Shown piece by piece: positions 41,411 through 55,500 of a stretch of 64,000 nt of DNA. The DNA comes from Octopus vulgaris (lineage: Eukaryota), in NCBI GenBank assembly GCA_951406725.2, contig OX597825.1, positions 39,990,001-40,054,000 on the forward strand, read 5' to 3'. The translations under genes were made by a program, and so were the position numbers. The stretch's first letter is position 1, and the number at the start of each line of letters is the position of its first letter. The notes below the pieces were generated by a model, which was not told where the DNA came from, did not search any database, and worked only from the letters and a program-made list of their open reading frames with translations.

Positions 41411-43063
41411 TTGAACATTTCTCCAAACCGCCCAGTTCGTTCCTTAAAAGGCAAGCAAAATGCTTCGATGGAACGTGCTGGCACTTGCCACGTTCCAATT
41501 GAAAATGAAAACGAAGACGTCACTTTTGACGTCATCGAAGACTTCCCTGCTCTTCCCTCCACCATTGCTCCAGCACCGGAGAAGGAGGGAAAGAAGATGA
41601 CCAGCAACGACACCGACACCACCACCAGCAACAACACAAACAGTGAAAGCCATCGTAACGGTTTCGCCTCCGCTGCAAAACAAAGCTCGGAGGAAGTAAA
41701 CGTTACGATAGAGGAAATAAAAAATGCAAAGGAGTTGAGGAAGGAGGAGAACAGTGTTTTCCTCAATACACCTCAACAACTCATACACGACACTAACAAA
41801 AAGACAATCATATATAAAGTTTTAGACAGAAAAAGCAAAAGATTGACAAATGCAACACCACAAGAACTTGAAATAGCTCTAAAGTCCATATGGGGCCAAA
41901 CGAGCTATGTCACCAGAGTGAAGCGTTTTGGAACCGTGGAGGTTCGTTTCCGTACCTAAGAAGAAGCAAGGAAACATGTCTTTTCGCCCTTGCAGACTGA
42001 AAATTTATAGCTCGTACCGACATACCTTGGTCGGCGAGTGACCAATTGATCAGTGCCGCCCGATCGAAATATATCTTGGCTAGTGGCAGCTGGCCTCTGT
42101 GACATAGAGGACACTGCCACTATTCTAGGGGTTCAGAGGTTGTGGGAGTGGAACTGGTCGGCTATGGGGATGCAGCTGCTGGTACAAATCCAGCAGGAAA
42201 ACATCAATGCCATACCTGACAGTGTAAATTTGCCGGACAGCACCAGAATGCACGTAGCTCTAGAGGGGCGAAAGCCAAAATGCTACCTCTGCGGCAGCGA
42301 AAGCCACCTATAAAAGACTTCCCCATTTACAAGAAAGAATGGCAGCAGAGGGTAAGAGACAGCAGCAGCAGCAAGAACAACAACAACAACAACAACAACA
42401 GAAACAACAACAGCATGAAACACAAAAGGTTGCCACACCATCAACACCATCACCAACACCACGAAGAGCATCACCACCCCCAGCCATCTGCAAACCAACA
42501 CCAACACCAAGTCCAAGGAAGACGACGCAGAAGGAAGCACCAACGCCATCACCGACACCAACTACTACAGCTCGGATTGTGCAAACACTGATAGCGAGAA
42601 AGAGGAGTGGCAAACGGTGCCACCCAAAAAGAAAAGAAGGAAAAAGCAAAAAGACAAACACAAAACACAGGGGAAACACGAACAAATAGAGCTTCCTCAA
42701 ATCAACAACATGCACTCACAACAACAACAAACAACAACACTTTGGCCACCATTACTGCCACACACACCAACACACGCAGACATCGTTACAGCAATAAACA
42801 CAAAAAACGAACAACTTATAGCATACATAAAAGAAAACACAGACACGAAATACTCAGACTTTATCACACCAACGCAAAATACACCACCAGCACACATTCT
42901 TACAATAAAAATCAACAAAACGATATACAGTGAAATCAAGGAGAAATTCCCTAACGATGTCGGGTCGCAAAGGAGAAATTTCTCCCAAAAATTATATAAA
43001 AACTTGGTGGAAAAACCCGTGCAAAAGCACAAGGGGGCCACCCCACCAAACAACAGTAAGTAG
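41411..43063 (+). pseudogene. Tx1-like ORF1 (gag-like, CCHC knuckle, Q- and P/T-rich linker), disrupted
   Basis: Consecutive ORF pieces, including HVALEGRKPKCYLCGSESHL. Stops and frameshifts present. Confidence 0.75.
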
Positions 43064-43097
43064 AGCCTTTTTCTCCTTGTAAACCTTTAAGAAAAAC

Positions 43098-46000
43098 ATG
43101 GCTAAACTCAAAATAGGTTGCTTGAATGTGAGAAGCCTCGGGTCACCTTGGAAACAGGGCCACCTGTTAAACCACCTGAGGTCTCACAGCGTGGATGTAG
43201 CAGCCATCAGTGAAACCAGGCTCTCCGACCCGCAGGAACTCGCGGCCCTTTTCGGTGGATGCGAGATTTTTCTATCTCCGTGTCGGCCGGGAGCGGGCGG
43301 TGGTGGTACTGCGGTGTTGTTTCGGAAGAGCCAGGATTTGAAAATAAGGACAGTCTTCTTGGATCCAGAATGTAAGTTGGTGGTCCTCGACGTAGACGGT
43401 AGTGATTGCGGTGCTCTCAGACTGCTGGCTGCCTACGCTCCGACAGGAGCAGAGCAGTCCAATTATTTCAAATGTCTGGAAGTTTTCTTAGGAACGTCAC
43501 GCACTCTAGTGCTAGTTGGGGATTGGAACGCTGTCTTCGATGAACGTTTCGATCGGGTGGGCACGGGAGATCCTGATAGGTGAGGGGGGTGCAAGAGCCT
43601 CACCAACCTGCTCAGGTGCTTTCAGCTGTCCGACAGGTTTCGACTAGACAACTTGAATGTGCCAATATGAACTTGGACTAATCGCATCGGGTCGTCTAGA
43701 TCGTAGATAGAGTGTTCTGTAGGCCAGCGGATAAGGACAGCATAGGGTGTCCACATTTCCACCTAGTCGACTACACGGACCACAAATTCGTGATCTGTAC
43801 AGTCGACTTAGATAGGCTACGTAAACAGGGACCCGGCTACTGGAAGCTAAACGCGTCGTTAACGGCGTGCAAAGCATACAAAGACCAGATTAGTTTATTA
43901 GTTAAACAGGCGCTCACGGGTGCAATCATCAACAACAACTGGTGGCTTGCCCTCAAGAGAGCAATTAGAGCAGAGTCGATTAGGTTTAGTAAGGCTCTAG
44001 CTGTAGAACGTAAGAAAACAGAGCGGAATTTAGTTAGAAATCTAGACGAGGCTCTTGAGACAGGCATCGCAACCGACGTGTTGGCGGCTAGGTTGGCCCT
44101 CGACCTACATTTTGACGCCAATCACGAAGGCTGCGTTGTCACAGCTAAGGCGCGTTCGCTAAGTGGGGAGGGAACTAAGGCCGCTTGATGGGCCTGCGTG
44201 GCGGAGGCGAAGCGGGGCAACAAAGTGACCATTCGGTCTTTGGTGGAGAAGAGCGGGCGCGAGGTTTCCGACCCGAAGCAGATGTGTGCGGTGTTTCAGC
44301 GGCACTTTGCTCAGCTGTTTGGGACGAACGGTGGAACGGACAACGGTGCAGACTTCGTTGTGTACCTGGACGGCCTACCGCAACTCTCGGACAGCGAGGC
44401 GGAGTGCTACGAAAGGCCAATATCTGCCTGGGAAGTGGAGGAAGCGATGAAAAGCTGCAGGAGAGGTAGATCGCCGGGTTTGGATGGTCTGCCCTACGAG
44501 CATACACTTCAATGCCAGACTTGTTTGCGGGCCTCTTAGCAAACGTCTACTGCAACTGGCAGCAAAACGGGAGAATTCCTGCTTTTGTTTGTCGAGAAAT
44601 GGTGGCTTTGCTGAGAAAGGACGCAAACAAGGAGGACATTATAGGGAACATTTGGCCCATCATTCTGTTCAATGCAGAGTTGAAGATTTTGGCCAAGGTG
44701 TTAGCCAAGAGATTGGCGCTTGTCGTGGACAAACTGATTGGCAGGGCGCAGACATGCGCCGTGCCGACCAGGTCGATACACGATAATCTCCATCTCATGC
44801 GCTTCATCATAGAGAGGGTGGGTAACAACGCTGGCGCGGGTGGGGATTTGATAAATTTAGATCAGAGTAAAGCCCACGGCAGGGTCGACCATCGATAGCT
44901 AGTAGCTGTTCTCAATGCAGCAGGCTTCGGTCCAGTCTTCCGCGGGTGTATCACTGCTTTATACAGCAACATCTGCTCGGTGATACGGGTGAACGGTCAC
45001 CTTTCAGAGCCGTTTGACATCTCGCGTTCGGTTCGCCAAGGATGACTCTCGAGCCATTACTGCGCAAGTTGGAGGCTTTGAGGGGTACCTCGCGCGATCT
45101 AGGAGGTGGAAACAGCGTGTCTGCCTATGCCGTCGACGTCACCGTGTACGAAGCGGTGACATGGGCAAAAATTAACGCGGAAAAGTCCGTGGGCTTGCAA
45201 CTAGGCACCTGGAGAGGCAAATCCATGCCGTCCAACAGTGTCGTAGGGCGCTGGACAGACGGACCCGTTAAACTGCTCGGGATCTGTTTCGGTCGGGACC
45301 TCCAGGTGGATAAAACCTGGGAAGAAATGACGAGCGGAGTGACTAATCTCACCTGGAAATGGGCCGAGAGGAAGCTGTCCCTGAAAGGTCGAGCGGCGGT
45401 TGTGAATGTGTACATCGCATCCGTCATCTATTACCGCTTGAGCGTCATCCCTTGTCCCGACCGCTGGTTGGCTAAGCTGGTACACTTGTTCTTCGACTTT
45501 TTGTGGAAGGGTCAGGTGCCACTGGTCAGGTGATCCATCTGCTGTCAACGACCGCTGAACGGAGGCCTTGGCATGCCTTGGTTACTGCTGTGCAGACATG
45601 CGCTCGGGCTACAGTATCTCAAGCGTTTCCTAGACGGTGAACAGGTGTGGTCGTCGTTTGTCAGAACCGACTTTCCGCAGCTCGACTCTTTGATAGAACG
45701 GCAAACCTGGATCAAACGCAGACCGAGAAAGGGCGCTTGGCACCTCGAGTGCTGTCAAGCTCTGTCCGCCCTCTGCCAGGCGGGCAATGCGATCGGTAGT
45801 AGTTCCACTCTAGCGTTCTATAGAGGGTTAGTGGAAGAAAAGTGCGACGACGTTCTCGGGGAAACTCTAGGCGTTGACGACAACGAGCTGAGCAGTCTGT
45901 TCGGGAGGATTTCGGGCCGGGACCAATGGATAATTTCCAGAGGTTTCTCGCCTGGCAGTGTTACCGAGGGGTTTTGCCTGTTCGAGATAAACTCTACCGG

Positions 46001-46384
46001 CAAGGAAGTGCTGTCAGCCGGACCTGCCCGAGGTGCTGCCAGGACGACGAAACCGTTCTGCACGCTCTAGTCCAGCGTCACAGTATTGTTGAACTCTTGG
46101 TTTATGTCGAACAGCTACTGTCGCGTATAGGACGGATCCGGCTATCAGCTGAATCCATAGTTAAGATTGCCCCGCCGACCTCCTTTAACTCGGAGGGCAA
46201 GACAGTCTTCTTTTGCCTAGTGGCTGTAGCAAAAGAGGTGGTATGGTGGACCCGTTTGAAAGGGCTAAGGTCAGACACTTTCCTCTTTGGCCCAGGCCTC
46301 ATCAACTTTTTCAAGTTTCACTTGAAAAGGAATATGAGAGTAGATAGGGAAGTGCTGTCCGATAGCAAGTTTAGTGAAAGGTGA
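43098..46384 (+). pseudogene. Tx1-like ORF2 (APE endonuclease, reverse transcriptase, C-terminal zinc finger), disrupted
   Basis: LNVRSL, ISETRL, GDWNA, TDH, GPGYWKLNASL, SPGLDGLP, KILAKVLAKRL, LDQSKA..RVDH, AYAVDV (decayed YADD) and CPRC..ETVLH motifs. Small deletions within RT. Confidence 0.92.
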
Positions 46385-46751
46385 ATAAATGTCGCAAAAA
46401 TGGCCAGTTTGAAAGGAGCCATTCTGAGGTTACAACTGTAATTTGGAAAGGTATTACAAAAGAAGAAGGGGGGCTCTCTACACCCCCTTTTGACAAGGCT
46501 CCCGTTGGCTTTTATGGGATTTTTCCACCAGGAACCTTTCGTAAAGCCTCCCAGTTTTGGGAGATTTTCATTGTTATAATCTTTCCTTGTTAATCTGTTT
46601 TTTACTCGATTTTACAAACAGACAAAACCCTTTGTAACCTTTCGTCCTGTTTTGTCGCTTTTTATGTTATAATTAATTTTTGTCAGCCTTTGTGTCCAAT
46701 AAGATAATTAATTATTATTATTATTATTATTACAATTATTATTATTATTAT

Positions 46752-46827
46752 TCAGGCCGCTGTCTGGAATCGAACACAGAGTCTTGGTGTTAGTAGCGCG
46801 CACTCTTAACCACTACGCCATATGCCC
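46752..46827 (-). mobile_element. Minimal tRNA-derived SINE (tRNA-like body plus TAA tail)
   Basis: GGGCATATGGCGTAGTGGTTAAGAGTGCGCGCTACTAACACCAAGACTCTGTGTTCGATTCCAGACAGCGGCCTGA(ATA)n has A and B boxes but poor acceptor-stem pairing. Confidence 0.75.
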
Positions 46828-46888
46828 GTAGTGGTTAAAAGCGTGGGCTACTAACCCCAAAATCCCAGTCGTATTCCACGCGTGACAT
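46827..46888 (+). mobile_element. Second, 5'-clipped copy of the minimal tRNA-SINE in inverted orientation
   Basis: CGTAGTGGTTAAAAGCGTGGGCTACTAACCCCAA...TTCCA, then (TAA)n. Confidence 0.7.
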
Positions 46889-46889
46889 A

Positions 46890-47232
<343 letters not shown>

Positions 47233-47239
47233 CAACAAC

Positions 47240-47280
<41 letters not shown>

Positions 47281-47336
47281 CAACAACATCGAAAAATACC
47301 TTAGGAATGATAACTCAGGTTCGAAATTTATCCAAG

Positions 47337-47380
47337 ACACCTGATGAAGGACGGAGGGTATATCAGCTGAAACGTTGTGT
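47337..47380 (+). ncRNA. Minimal type-I hammerhead motif (stem II decayed) in a short repeat at about 47288-47450
   Basis: acac-CTGATGA-aggacggagggtatatcagct-GAAA-cg-TT-gtgt. Confidence 0.6.
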
Positions 47381-47793
47381 TAACAACTAACAAGATGAGG
47401 ACGCATATCCATCAAATATAAATATTTTAAATGATGTAAATAGAACTGTAAAAGTATTCCGGGTTTATTTTTCTCCAGTAACTTCACCTTGTTAGATATT
47501 CACGATGTCTGGAAGTAGTTTGTTTCATTGCTATCGATATGCCAATGGAAATATGATACTGCATGAATATATAAAGAAAGGCACTCATATAAGGCACTGA
47601 TATATGTATATATATATACACACATATATATATATACATATATATATATACATACATATACACACACGCATGTATGCAAACACCCACGCCTACACACGCA
47701 CACATACAGATATTAACATATACTCCCATACAACAAATATGTACGCGTACATAAATTTATGTATATGGGTATGTCCCTCTCTCTCTCTGTATG

Positions 47794-47824
<31 letters not shown>

Positions 47825-47841
47825 ATCTATATATATATATA

Positions 47842-47958
47842 TAAGAAAAATCTCAGCAAAAAAACAAAGTGTAAAAAAAACACGACAAATGAAAATATTT
47901 CGTATATTTTCATTTGTCTTGTTTTTTTACACTTTGTTTTTTGCTGAGATTTTTCTTA
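47842..47958. repeat. Near-perfect 117-bp palindrome adjacent to (TA)n
   Basis: TAAGAAAAATCTCAGCAAAAAAACAAAGTGTAAAAA..GACAAATGAAAA, followed by its inverse. Confidence 0.9.
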
Positions 47959-48315
47959 AAAACACATTCTTCGTGGAAAATAGCGATGTTAACGTCTATA
48001 TCTAGCATATAGGCTGTCCACTTTTAGTGGTCAGTCCTTTAAGTTTTGTAAGTAAAAAATATTTTAATCTTCGGATTTTTTAAAATGCTAGGCCACTGGT
48101 TTTAATTGATTAATATCAATTTCTACCCTTATTCAATTTTGTGTGCGTGTGTGTGAGTGTGTGTGTATATGCGTATATATAAATAAATATATATATGTAT
48201 GTATATATAAATATAAATACGCATCTATTGTTATATATATATATATATATATATATAGACAGTTAGAGATAGATAGATAGATAGATTGATTGATAGATAG
48301 ATAGATAGATAGATT

Positions 48316-48395
<80 letters not shown>

Positions 48396-50199
48396 TATGA
48401 CACAATACGACCCCCACTTAATTTCTTAATAGATAGGAGAACATGTTAGAAAGGACAAATTAGCAAGAGTTAAAAATATTTTAAAATATAACCCATTAAT
48501 GTTAAAACAGATAATCAAGTTACATAAAATGGCGATTGTATTCGAAAACAATGGTAATGAAAATAAACACGAGGAATATTTTACTAATAAAATTTTTTAG
48601 TATAATTTTTCCTACCGATACATTTAATGTCTCTTTCATTCTTGTTTATATATTTACGTTCTTTCAAAGCATTTCCGCAATTTGCCTTTGCTGTTGTGTG
48701 CAATGTTGCAATCACACATGAATGGATGGATTCTGACACAGTTTCTGTTGTATATAGCATGTTTACATTTAGCAGTTATAAACAAGTTACACATCTTCTT
48801 ATTCATGTTTTGTCTGAATTAATGCAATCTTGCACTCTCTGTCCATCGAACATTTCCCCTCTGTTCGTCAGCATAATCGTTACATCACCTACATTAACAT
48901 TAAGTGCAACATCACCTACATTAACATTAAGTGCAATATAACCTTAACAATATTAAAATAAACAGGTAAGGTGTCACTATTATTAATACAAAAACAGAAA
49001 TAGGCTCTAATACACACATATATCTGCGTCTTTAAGTAGTAATAAGTCCCAACCAAGAAGTCCGATCATTTTCTGCGAAATGAAGCTGAATCTAATTATT
49101 AATCACATTATATTAATTTAAGATACGTCGAATAATATGATCGTGAGCACACTATATAAAATCGAAGGAGTACTCATAGTTAGATGGCATTTAAATGTTT
49201 ATCTGTACTTCAGACTGCTCTTCAGCTGTACAATAATAATAGTGTGTTACACCATTTATTACATCGTATTACCTTCACACGTGCTCACATTTACAATCGT
49301 TCTTACAGATCCTCAAGTCATCAGTTAGGCTTCATACTCAGACCCTATTTGTGGAAGGTATTGCTTAGAAGCAAATCTATCAACAAACAAGCTACATCAC
49401 ATACCATGTGGAAACAACATTCACAAGAGCAGGTTTATTATTTCTGGTTGTTGATTTTATATTTGTATACAGTTTATACGAGAAAAATGTCCTGATAGTT
49501 TGGTACCTGTCATTTATCAAATGATTAGTTTGACGATGAATGTAACCTGTATGGCATTATGTAAGGACACTAACATGTTAAGTAGAATGAAGTGAATCTC
49601 AGACCACAAAGCTACTTCGAATTAGGCAACATATTATACTTCACGAAAGGCGTTTGAAGGTCGTTGTATGGTGTAAGAAATTATGTTTATTATGGTTGAT
49701 TAACTCTACGAACTCTAAATGAAATGCCCGTTCTACTCGTATTTCCCTGTTACAAGTTTACTACAGTTTATACAGCATATAGAATCACTGAATCAGCTTA
49801 TATTTGTCGAGGAATCGATTTACGTTTCGAAAACTCGATTATACACACTTATGTATCTATATACCCGTTTATAATACGCACTAGCATTGAATATACAAGA
49901 ATATACCGTTTTACATGGACAATATTTAAGTGTATACATGGATATGTTTCAGAAGTTATCGTAATACAAGATAATACACTGCAGAATGTGAATTTTCATT
50001 CCTCATGGTTATGGTAAACTGTTTTTTTCTTCACGCAGCTACTTAATAGTATTCAGTCTTCGGTCAGCAATATCTATTTATTCGTGACTGTCGAATTAGA
50101 TTTCAGTAAATGTTCGTTATTCAATATTCAACATCAAAATTTGATTTAAAATAAGAAGCAATCTTGTAGAATATACTCAGAATTTCATAGGAAAAATAG

Positions 50200-50254
<55 letters not shown>

Positions 50255-50436
50255 TGTGTGTACATATATACATATAGGCATGTATATTTACATGTATACA
50301 CACATGTATATGTACACATCCATATCTAATTATACAATGATATATAATATATATATACATATATATATTTATGTATTTGTGTATATGTGGCTGATATATT
50401 CACATATATGTATATTTGTGCATATGTGTGTATAAA

Positions 50437-50485
<49 letters not shown>

Positions 50486-51462
50486 GTGTGACTTAGTTTG
50501 TATCAGGGTGTATCTGTGTGTATGTGGTTGCTTCCGTGTAAATACATTTCCAAATATTTCACCGCATAAATATTTCCTTCAAATCATGGATGAAAAGTTC
50601 GTTTTATTCCTTGTTGATAGTTTCTACAAATTCGTCTGGTAAAGACATAAGTGAATTACATTATCTCGGATATTACATGTAAATTTTCAAATCTTAATAA
50701 CTAAAATTTTGACTAAACATTAAGGGATATTAGCACAAGAGGAATCCAATATGCTAAGACTGAGTGCCGATATGACATTTACTTGCGAAACGGAGGGTGG
50801 CATTCTTATAATGTACTTCTATAAGAAGAAAAAGGTGAATTGTTCTTCTTAATCAGCATTTAGAATCAGCAAAACTCTCGTACACACATTGTCATTAGGA
50901 ATTCACGATTTGAAGGTAATATTGATATCTCCAGAAACATCCCTGACTTAAATGTGATAGTTGTACTTTAATGCACGCTTAATTTAAGCCCTATAAGTAT
51001 TCTATCATATTTAGGAAAATGGCGTATCTTTTACAATAAAGATAAGGGTACAACTCCACATTTAAACGAAACACTTTCCAATGACATTTTTGCCATCCAC
51101 ACTCAAACTACATGGATATATATATATATCAGCTACAGTTCACTGTCTCTCACCTATACATCTACTTTCTCAGTTTACATATCCCAAGTCTATTTATCAT
51201 TTCACCTAGCTCCACCTATCGAAGTATATATATATAGCCCATAGTAAACCATAATTTTCCACAATCCGAGTAAAAGTAGTAGGCCAAACCCAGAAACTGC
51301 AGTTGCTCCTATTCTTGTAAAGCTATAATAAATATGTACTCTTCAAAAATTATTGAATTAACATTGAGTTTAATGTTAAATTCTGTTTATTATCATATCA
51401 CGGCCAAATCATATATCAATCCACACACACACACACACACACAACGCACACACACACACTAC

Positions 51463-51508
<46 letters not shown>

Positions 51509-51531
51509 CTTATTATAAATATATATATATA

Positions 51532-54492
51532 AGTAAGCAAAATAAGACAAGGTAGAAAATGCTAAAATAATTTTATTTTGAAGAACATTTTAGTACCGTT
51601 TTCAATCTTTGCGACTTTTTCAACTAAGAGTAAAGCAGGAAAACCAATTAAATTGTGGGAAAATTAGATGAAATGTTTTTAAAAAAATTTCCATAGTTTT
51701 CAAATGCAAGGGACATTTTCCCAAATTTTGTCTGCCTCTGTCTCTCTCTTTTACTCATGTGAGTTTGTCCTCTAAAACATCACATGCGAAATGGGATATC
51801 GGGACACATCTTTCAGTACACTTCCAGGGAATACTGCAGAAAATTACGACTGAAGAACTACAACGATGACGAATCGTTAGTACGAAGTAGAAGAAACTAC
51901 ACACCTTCAAAAAGTAGGAACAAAATTATTGATTATTTCCGGGAATACATCACGAATTACCTATATCAACATATACACAAACAAAAACACAAGCCAAACT
52001 TCAGCAAAAGAGAATGGGCTGAGTTGAACAAATTAAAAGATGATAAGACAATAACAATCAAAGAGGCTGATAAAGGGCGTGCAGTTGTCTTAATGGACAC
52101 AGTATACTATATAACTTCAGTACTATACATATTCGAAGACACAACATATGAAAAGGTCCAAAACTACAGTCAGTAAATAACGTGAAACCTAAAATCTATG
52201 TTAAACCTACATAGATAAGGGCTCACCGACAAGGAATACGATTATGTGATCAATTTCAAATGTAAATCCAGTCAATGCTACGGTAATCCAAAGATACACA
52301 TAAGTGAGAAAATAAGTAACGCATGCGGGATAACAACAGACATAATAATCAAGTTCTCTAATCCTAATTACCTATATTAGCAGGATCTTCATGCAAATCT
52401 CACCACCTCAGTAACATTTTAGATACGCTCTTAAAACCATTCTTCAAGCATATCAAAAGCTACCTAAGGGACGACCTAGATATGCTCAATTACCTCCATA
52501 AAACAATAAACAAAAACACCCTACTTCGATGTAGTCAACCTGTATTCCAATCTTCCTCACAGCCTAGGAATAGAAGCAATTCAATTCTGGTTAGAGAATT
52601 ACTCCAATCTACTCCCACAATGCATCAAGAAAGAATTCGTAATAGAAGGGCTAAAATTCATCTTGGAGAATAACTACTTTGTCTTCAAAGACAACTTCTG
52701 TCGACGAAAATCGGAGACTGTGATGGGTACGAGAATTGCCCGCCCCATTGCTAATTTAGTCATGGGATATCTAGAAATCAGTCTTTGTCGTGAGATACTA
52801 GAAGAATATGGCAACTCACTCTCTCACACTACATAGAAAATAACTGGAAGAGGTATCTGGATAACTGTTTCATCCTTTGGCCTGAAAGTATAAAGATACT
52901 TAAAGAATTTCACGAACTTATAAACGGACCAGTCGTAAACATTCAATTTATGATGAACTATAGCCATCCTCGACATTCTCATTAAGAAATCTAACAACGA
53001 AATAGAAACAGATATATACTATAAGCGCACTGACCCCAAGCAATATCTACCGCTCAACTCATGTCACTCCATTCACATGACAATGAATATGCCTTTCAAC
53101 CTAGCAAAAATACAAGCACCGGGGACACACGACTACAGGAACTGAAGGATACACTCATCACCAGGCACTACCTACATTCACTAATTGATATAGTCTTTCA
53201 ATGTGCCATACAAATCAAAATCAGCGAATTCAGACATCCAACATTAAAGAAGGAATTACAACCAAAACCCTACCATAGATCTCCACTCATAGTCCTCTTA
53301 ACAATGAAAACTTGAACACCATCCTACTACACATTCCCCTGCTAAAAAGAGACCACAGAATGGATTTAATCCTCCAAACGCACCAAACCATCATAAAGAG
53401 CTAAAGACAACCCAGATATATGAAAAGACTCCTAACACAAGGCCGAACACTCTCAACAACACTGAAGCCGTCAGTGAAAAAATGCGGAAGTCCTAACTGT
53501 GGTATATGCATCAACCTAACTGAGGTAACGGAGTTCTCCTTCAAAGAAGGTCAATGTTTTAAAGTGGAAAACAACTTTACTTTAGCTTCCGAGAACATAA
53601 TATATATATTATCCTGCTCTACATAAGCCAGACCAAAAATGGCACTACATAGCTGTCTGATTAAATTTCGGGAATACAAAAAGCTGGCATTCAGCAAACA
53701 CATTGACATTTGCGCCAACAACAAACAACCAAGCTTCAGAATTTTTCCCCTCTATAAATACAGGTGCGATGCAAACTAGTCAGCGCATCGTTATCGAATC
53801 ATATTTTATCACATATATAAACCCCTTTTGAATGCGTCCATTACGAATGACGCTATTACAAGGGCCTTATGCAAATATTCAGAACAGTCACTACCCATGA
53901 ACATTCCGAACAATTACGATCACAACTATTACAACCACAACGGGTCACTATGAGGTCACTTGACCATTTAAGAAGATTCCACCTACTGCTGTCATATCAT
54001 TCCCGCATTTCTATTCTTTCTCTTGCTTTCCTTCTTCATTTTCTTCTTCTTCTTCTTCTTCTTCTTCTTCTTCTTCTTCTTCTCCTTCTTCTTCTTCTCC
54101 TCCGTCGACGTCATCGTCGTCGTCGTCGTCGCCTCCTTTCTCAGCTACTACTGCTACCTAAATAATCAAAACCAAGTACTCATATTAGGACTACTACTAC
54201 TTACTACTTGCTACCAAAATATCTCATGAGTAAAAGAGTCAGAGTATGGAAGAGTCTACAGACAAAAATGAGCTATGTACATTGATAAGTAGAAGAGAGA
54301 GAGAAAGAGGCAAAGAGAAAAAAGGAAAACGTCCCTTGCATTTGAAAACTATGGAAATATTTTTTAAAAACATTTCATTTAATTTTCCCACAAATCAATT
54401 GTTTTTCATAAAGTCTTAACGACTGAAAAGGGTACTAAAACGTTCTTCGTGATAAAATAATTTTATTATTTTCTACCTTGTCTTACTTTGTT
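51532..54492 (+). mobile_element. Near-complete decayed Penelope/Poseidon-type element with inverted terminal repeats
   Basis: ITIKEADKGRAVV, YGNPKIH, FDVVNLYSNLPH, MGTRIA.PIANLVMGYLE, RYLDNCF, ETDIYYK and CGSPNCGIC..SENIIYILSC motifs. 51532-51722 is inverted at 54324-54492. (CA)n/(TA)n flanks. Confidence 0.9.
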
Positions 54493-54536
54493 TTTCAATC
54501 TTCTACACACACATACCACACACACACACACACAAG

Positions 54537-54607
<71 letters not shown>

Positions 54608-55111
54608 TACAGAGAAAGAGCGAGGCCAATAGCCTGCTGTAGAACTCAATATACGTGCGTTCAAGAACGAAGTGTTAGACGAGTATCGAGCCGTAATTAG
54701 GAAATGAGAGGAAAAGAAGGAGAATGGTATTTTGGACCTTTATTAGCTCACAGTTGTTTGTGCTGTAACATACGCTGGACACGTAATTGAGTCCTTATTG
54801 CTTCGTCGGAGCCCTGAATATGAAATACATTTTATCTGGGAAAGAACATAACCACTTTGTGGCCGTTAAAATCCCACTTACGTGTATATATATAACAAAC
54901 AAGTTAAAAATACTGGTCATTATATATAATTTCTTTATTTGAGCAAATCTGTCTTACAGCTGCTTCCAGTAGTTATTATCGATACATTACGGAGAGGTTT
55001 ACTTACTCGGTCTATTAATAAATTGATGCAAATTGAAAGACCAAAGAAAAGTAATGCTACTTTCGTCAGTGCCATTTCAGAGCTCTTCAGGAATAGTTAT
55101 CTGTATTATAA

Positions 55112-55500
55112 ATGCGGCGAGCTAGCAGAAACGTTAGCATGCTTAGCGGTATTTCATCTGCCGCTAAGTTCAGAATTCAAATTCTGACGAGGTTGACTTT
55201 GCCTTTCATCCTTTCGGGATCGATTAAATAAGTACAAGTTAGGCACTGGAGTCGATGTAATCGACTTAATCCGTTTGTCTCTCCTTGCTTGTCCCTTCTT
55301 TGTTTAGTCCCTTGTGGTTAGTAAAGAAATAGAAATAGGTATTTCATCTATCTTTATATTCTGAGTTCAATTTCCGCCGAGGTTGACTTTGCCTTTCATT
55401 ATTTCGGGTTCGATAAATTAAGAACCAATTGTGTACTGGGGTCAATCTAATTGGCTGCACCCCTCCCACAAAATTTCGGGATTTTTACCTAGGATAGTAG
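55112..55500 (+). mobile_element. Tandem tRNA-derived SINEs (55112-55335 and 5'-truncated 55336-55500)
   Basis: GCGGCGAGCTAGCAGAA head and a B-box-like GAGTTCAA. The core GAGGTTGACTTTGCCTTTCAT occurs twice. Confidence 0.8.

Larger units (their letters stand above)
41121..46705 (+). mobile_element. Apparently full-length but decayed Tx1/L1-clade LINE flanked by (TTA)n
   Basis: 5' UTR, ORF1, ORF2 (APE-RT-zf) and a T-rich 3' UTR. Begins right after (TTA)n and ends in (ATT)n. Confidence 0.92.

Noticed and set aside
40111-46314. Long antisense ORFs overlapping the two LINEs (for example 40405-41160 and 41269-41766)
   Set aside because: They are shadow frames of the retrotransposon ORFs with no independent motifs.
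46752-46827. Candidate tRNA gene
   Set aside because: The acceptor stem does not pair, the ACT anticodon is atypical, and the TAA tail and inverted partner indicate a SINE.
48881-48936. 27-bp two-copy tandem; also a 30-bp duplication at 22841-22900
   Set aside because: These are ordinary local slippage duplications with no further structure.
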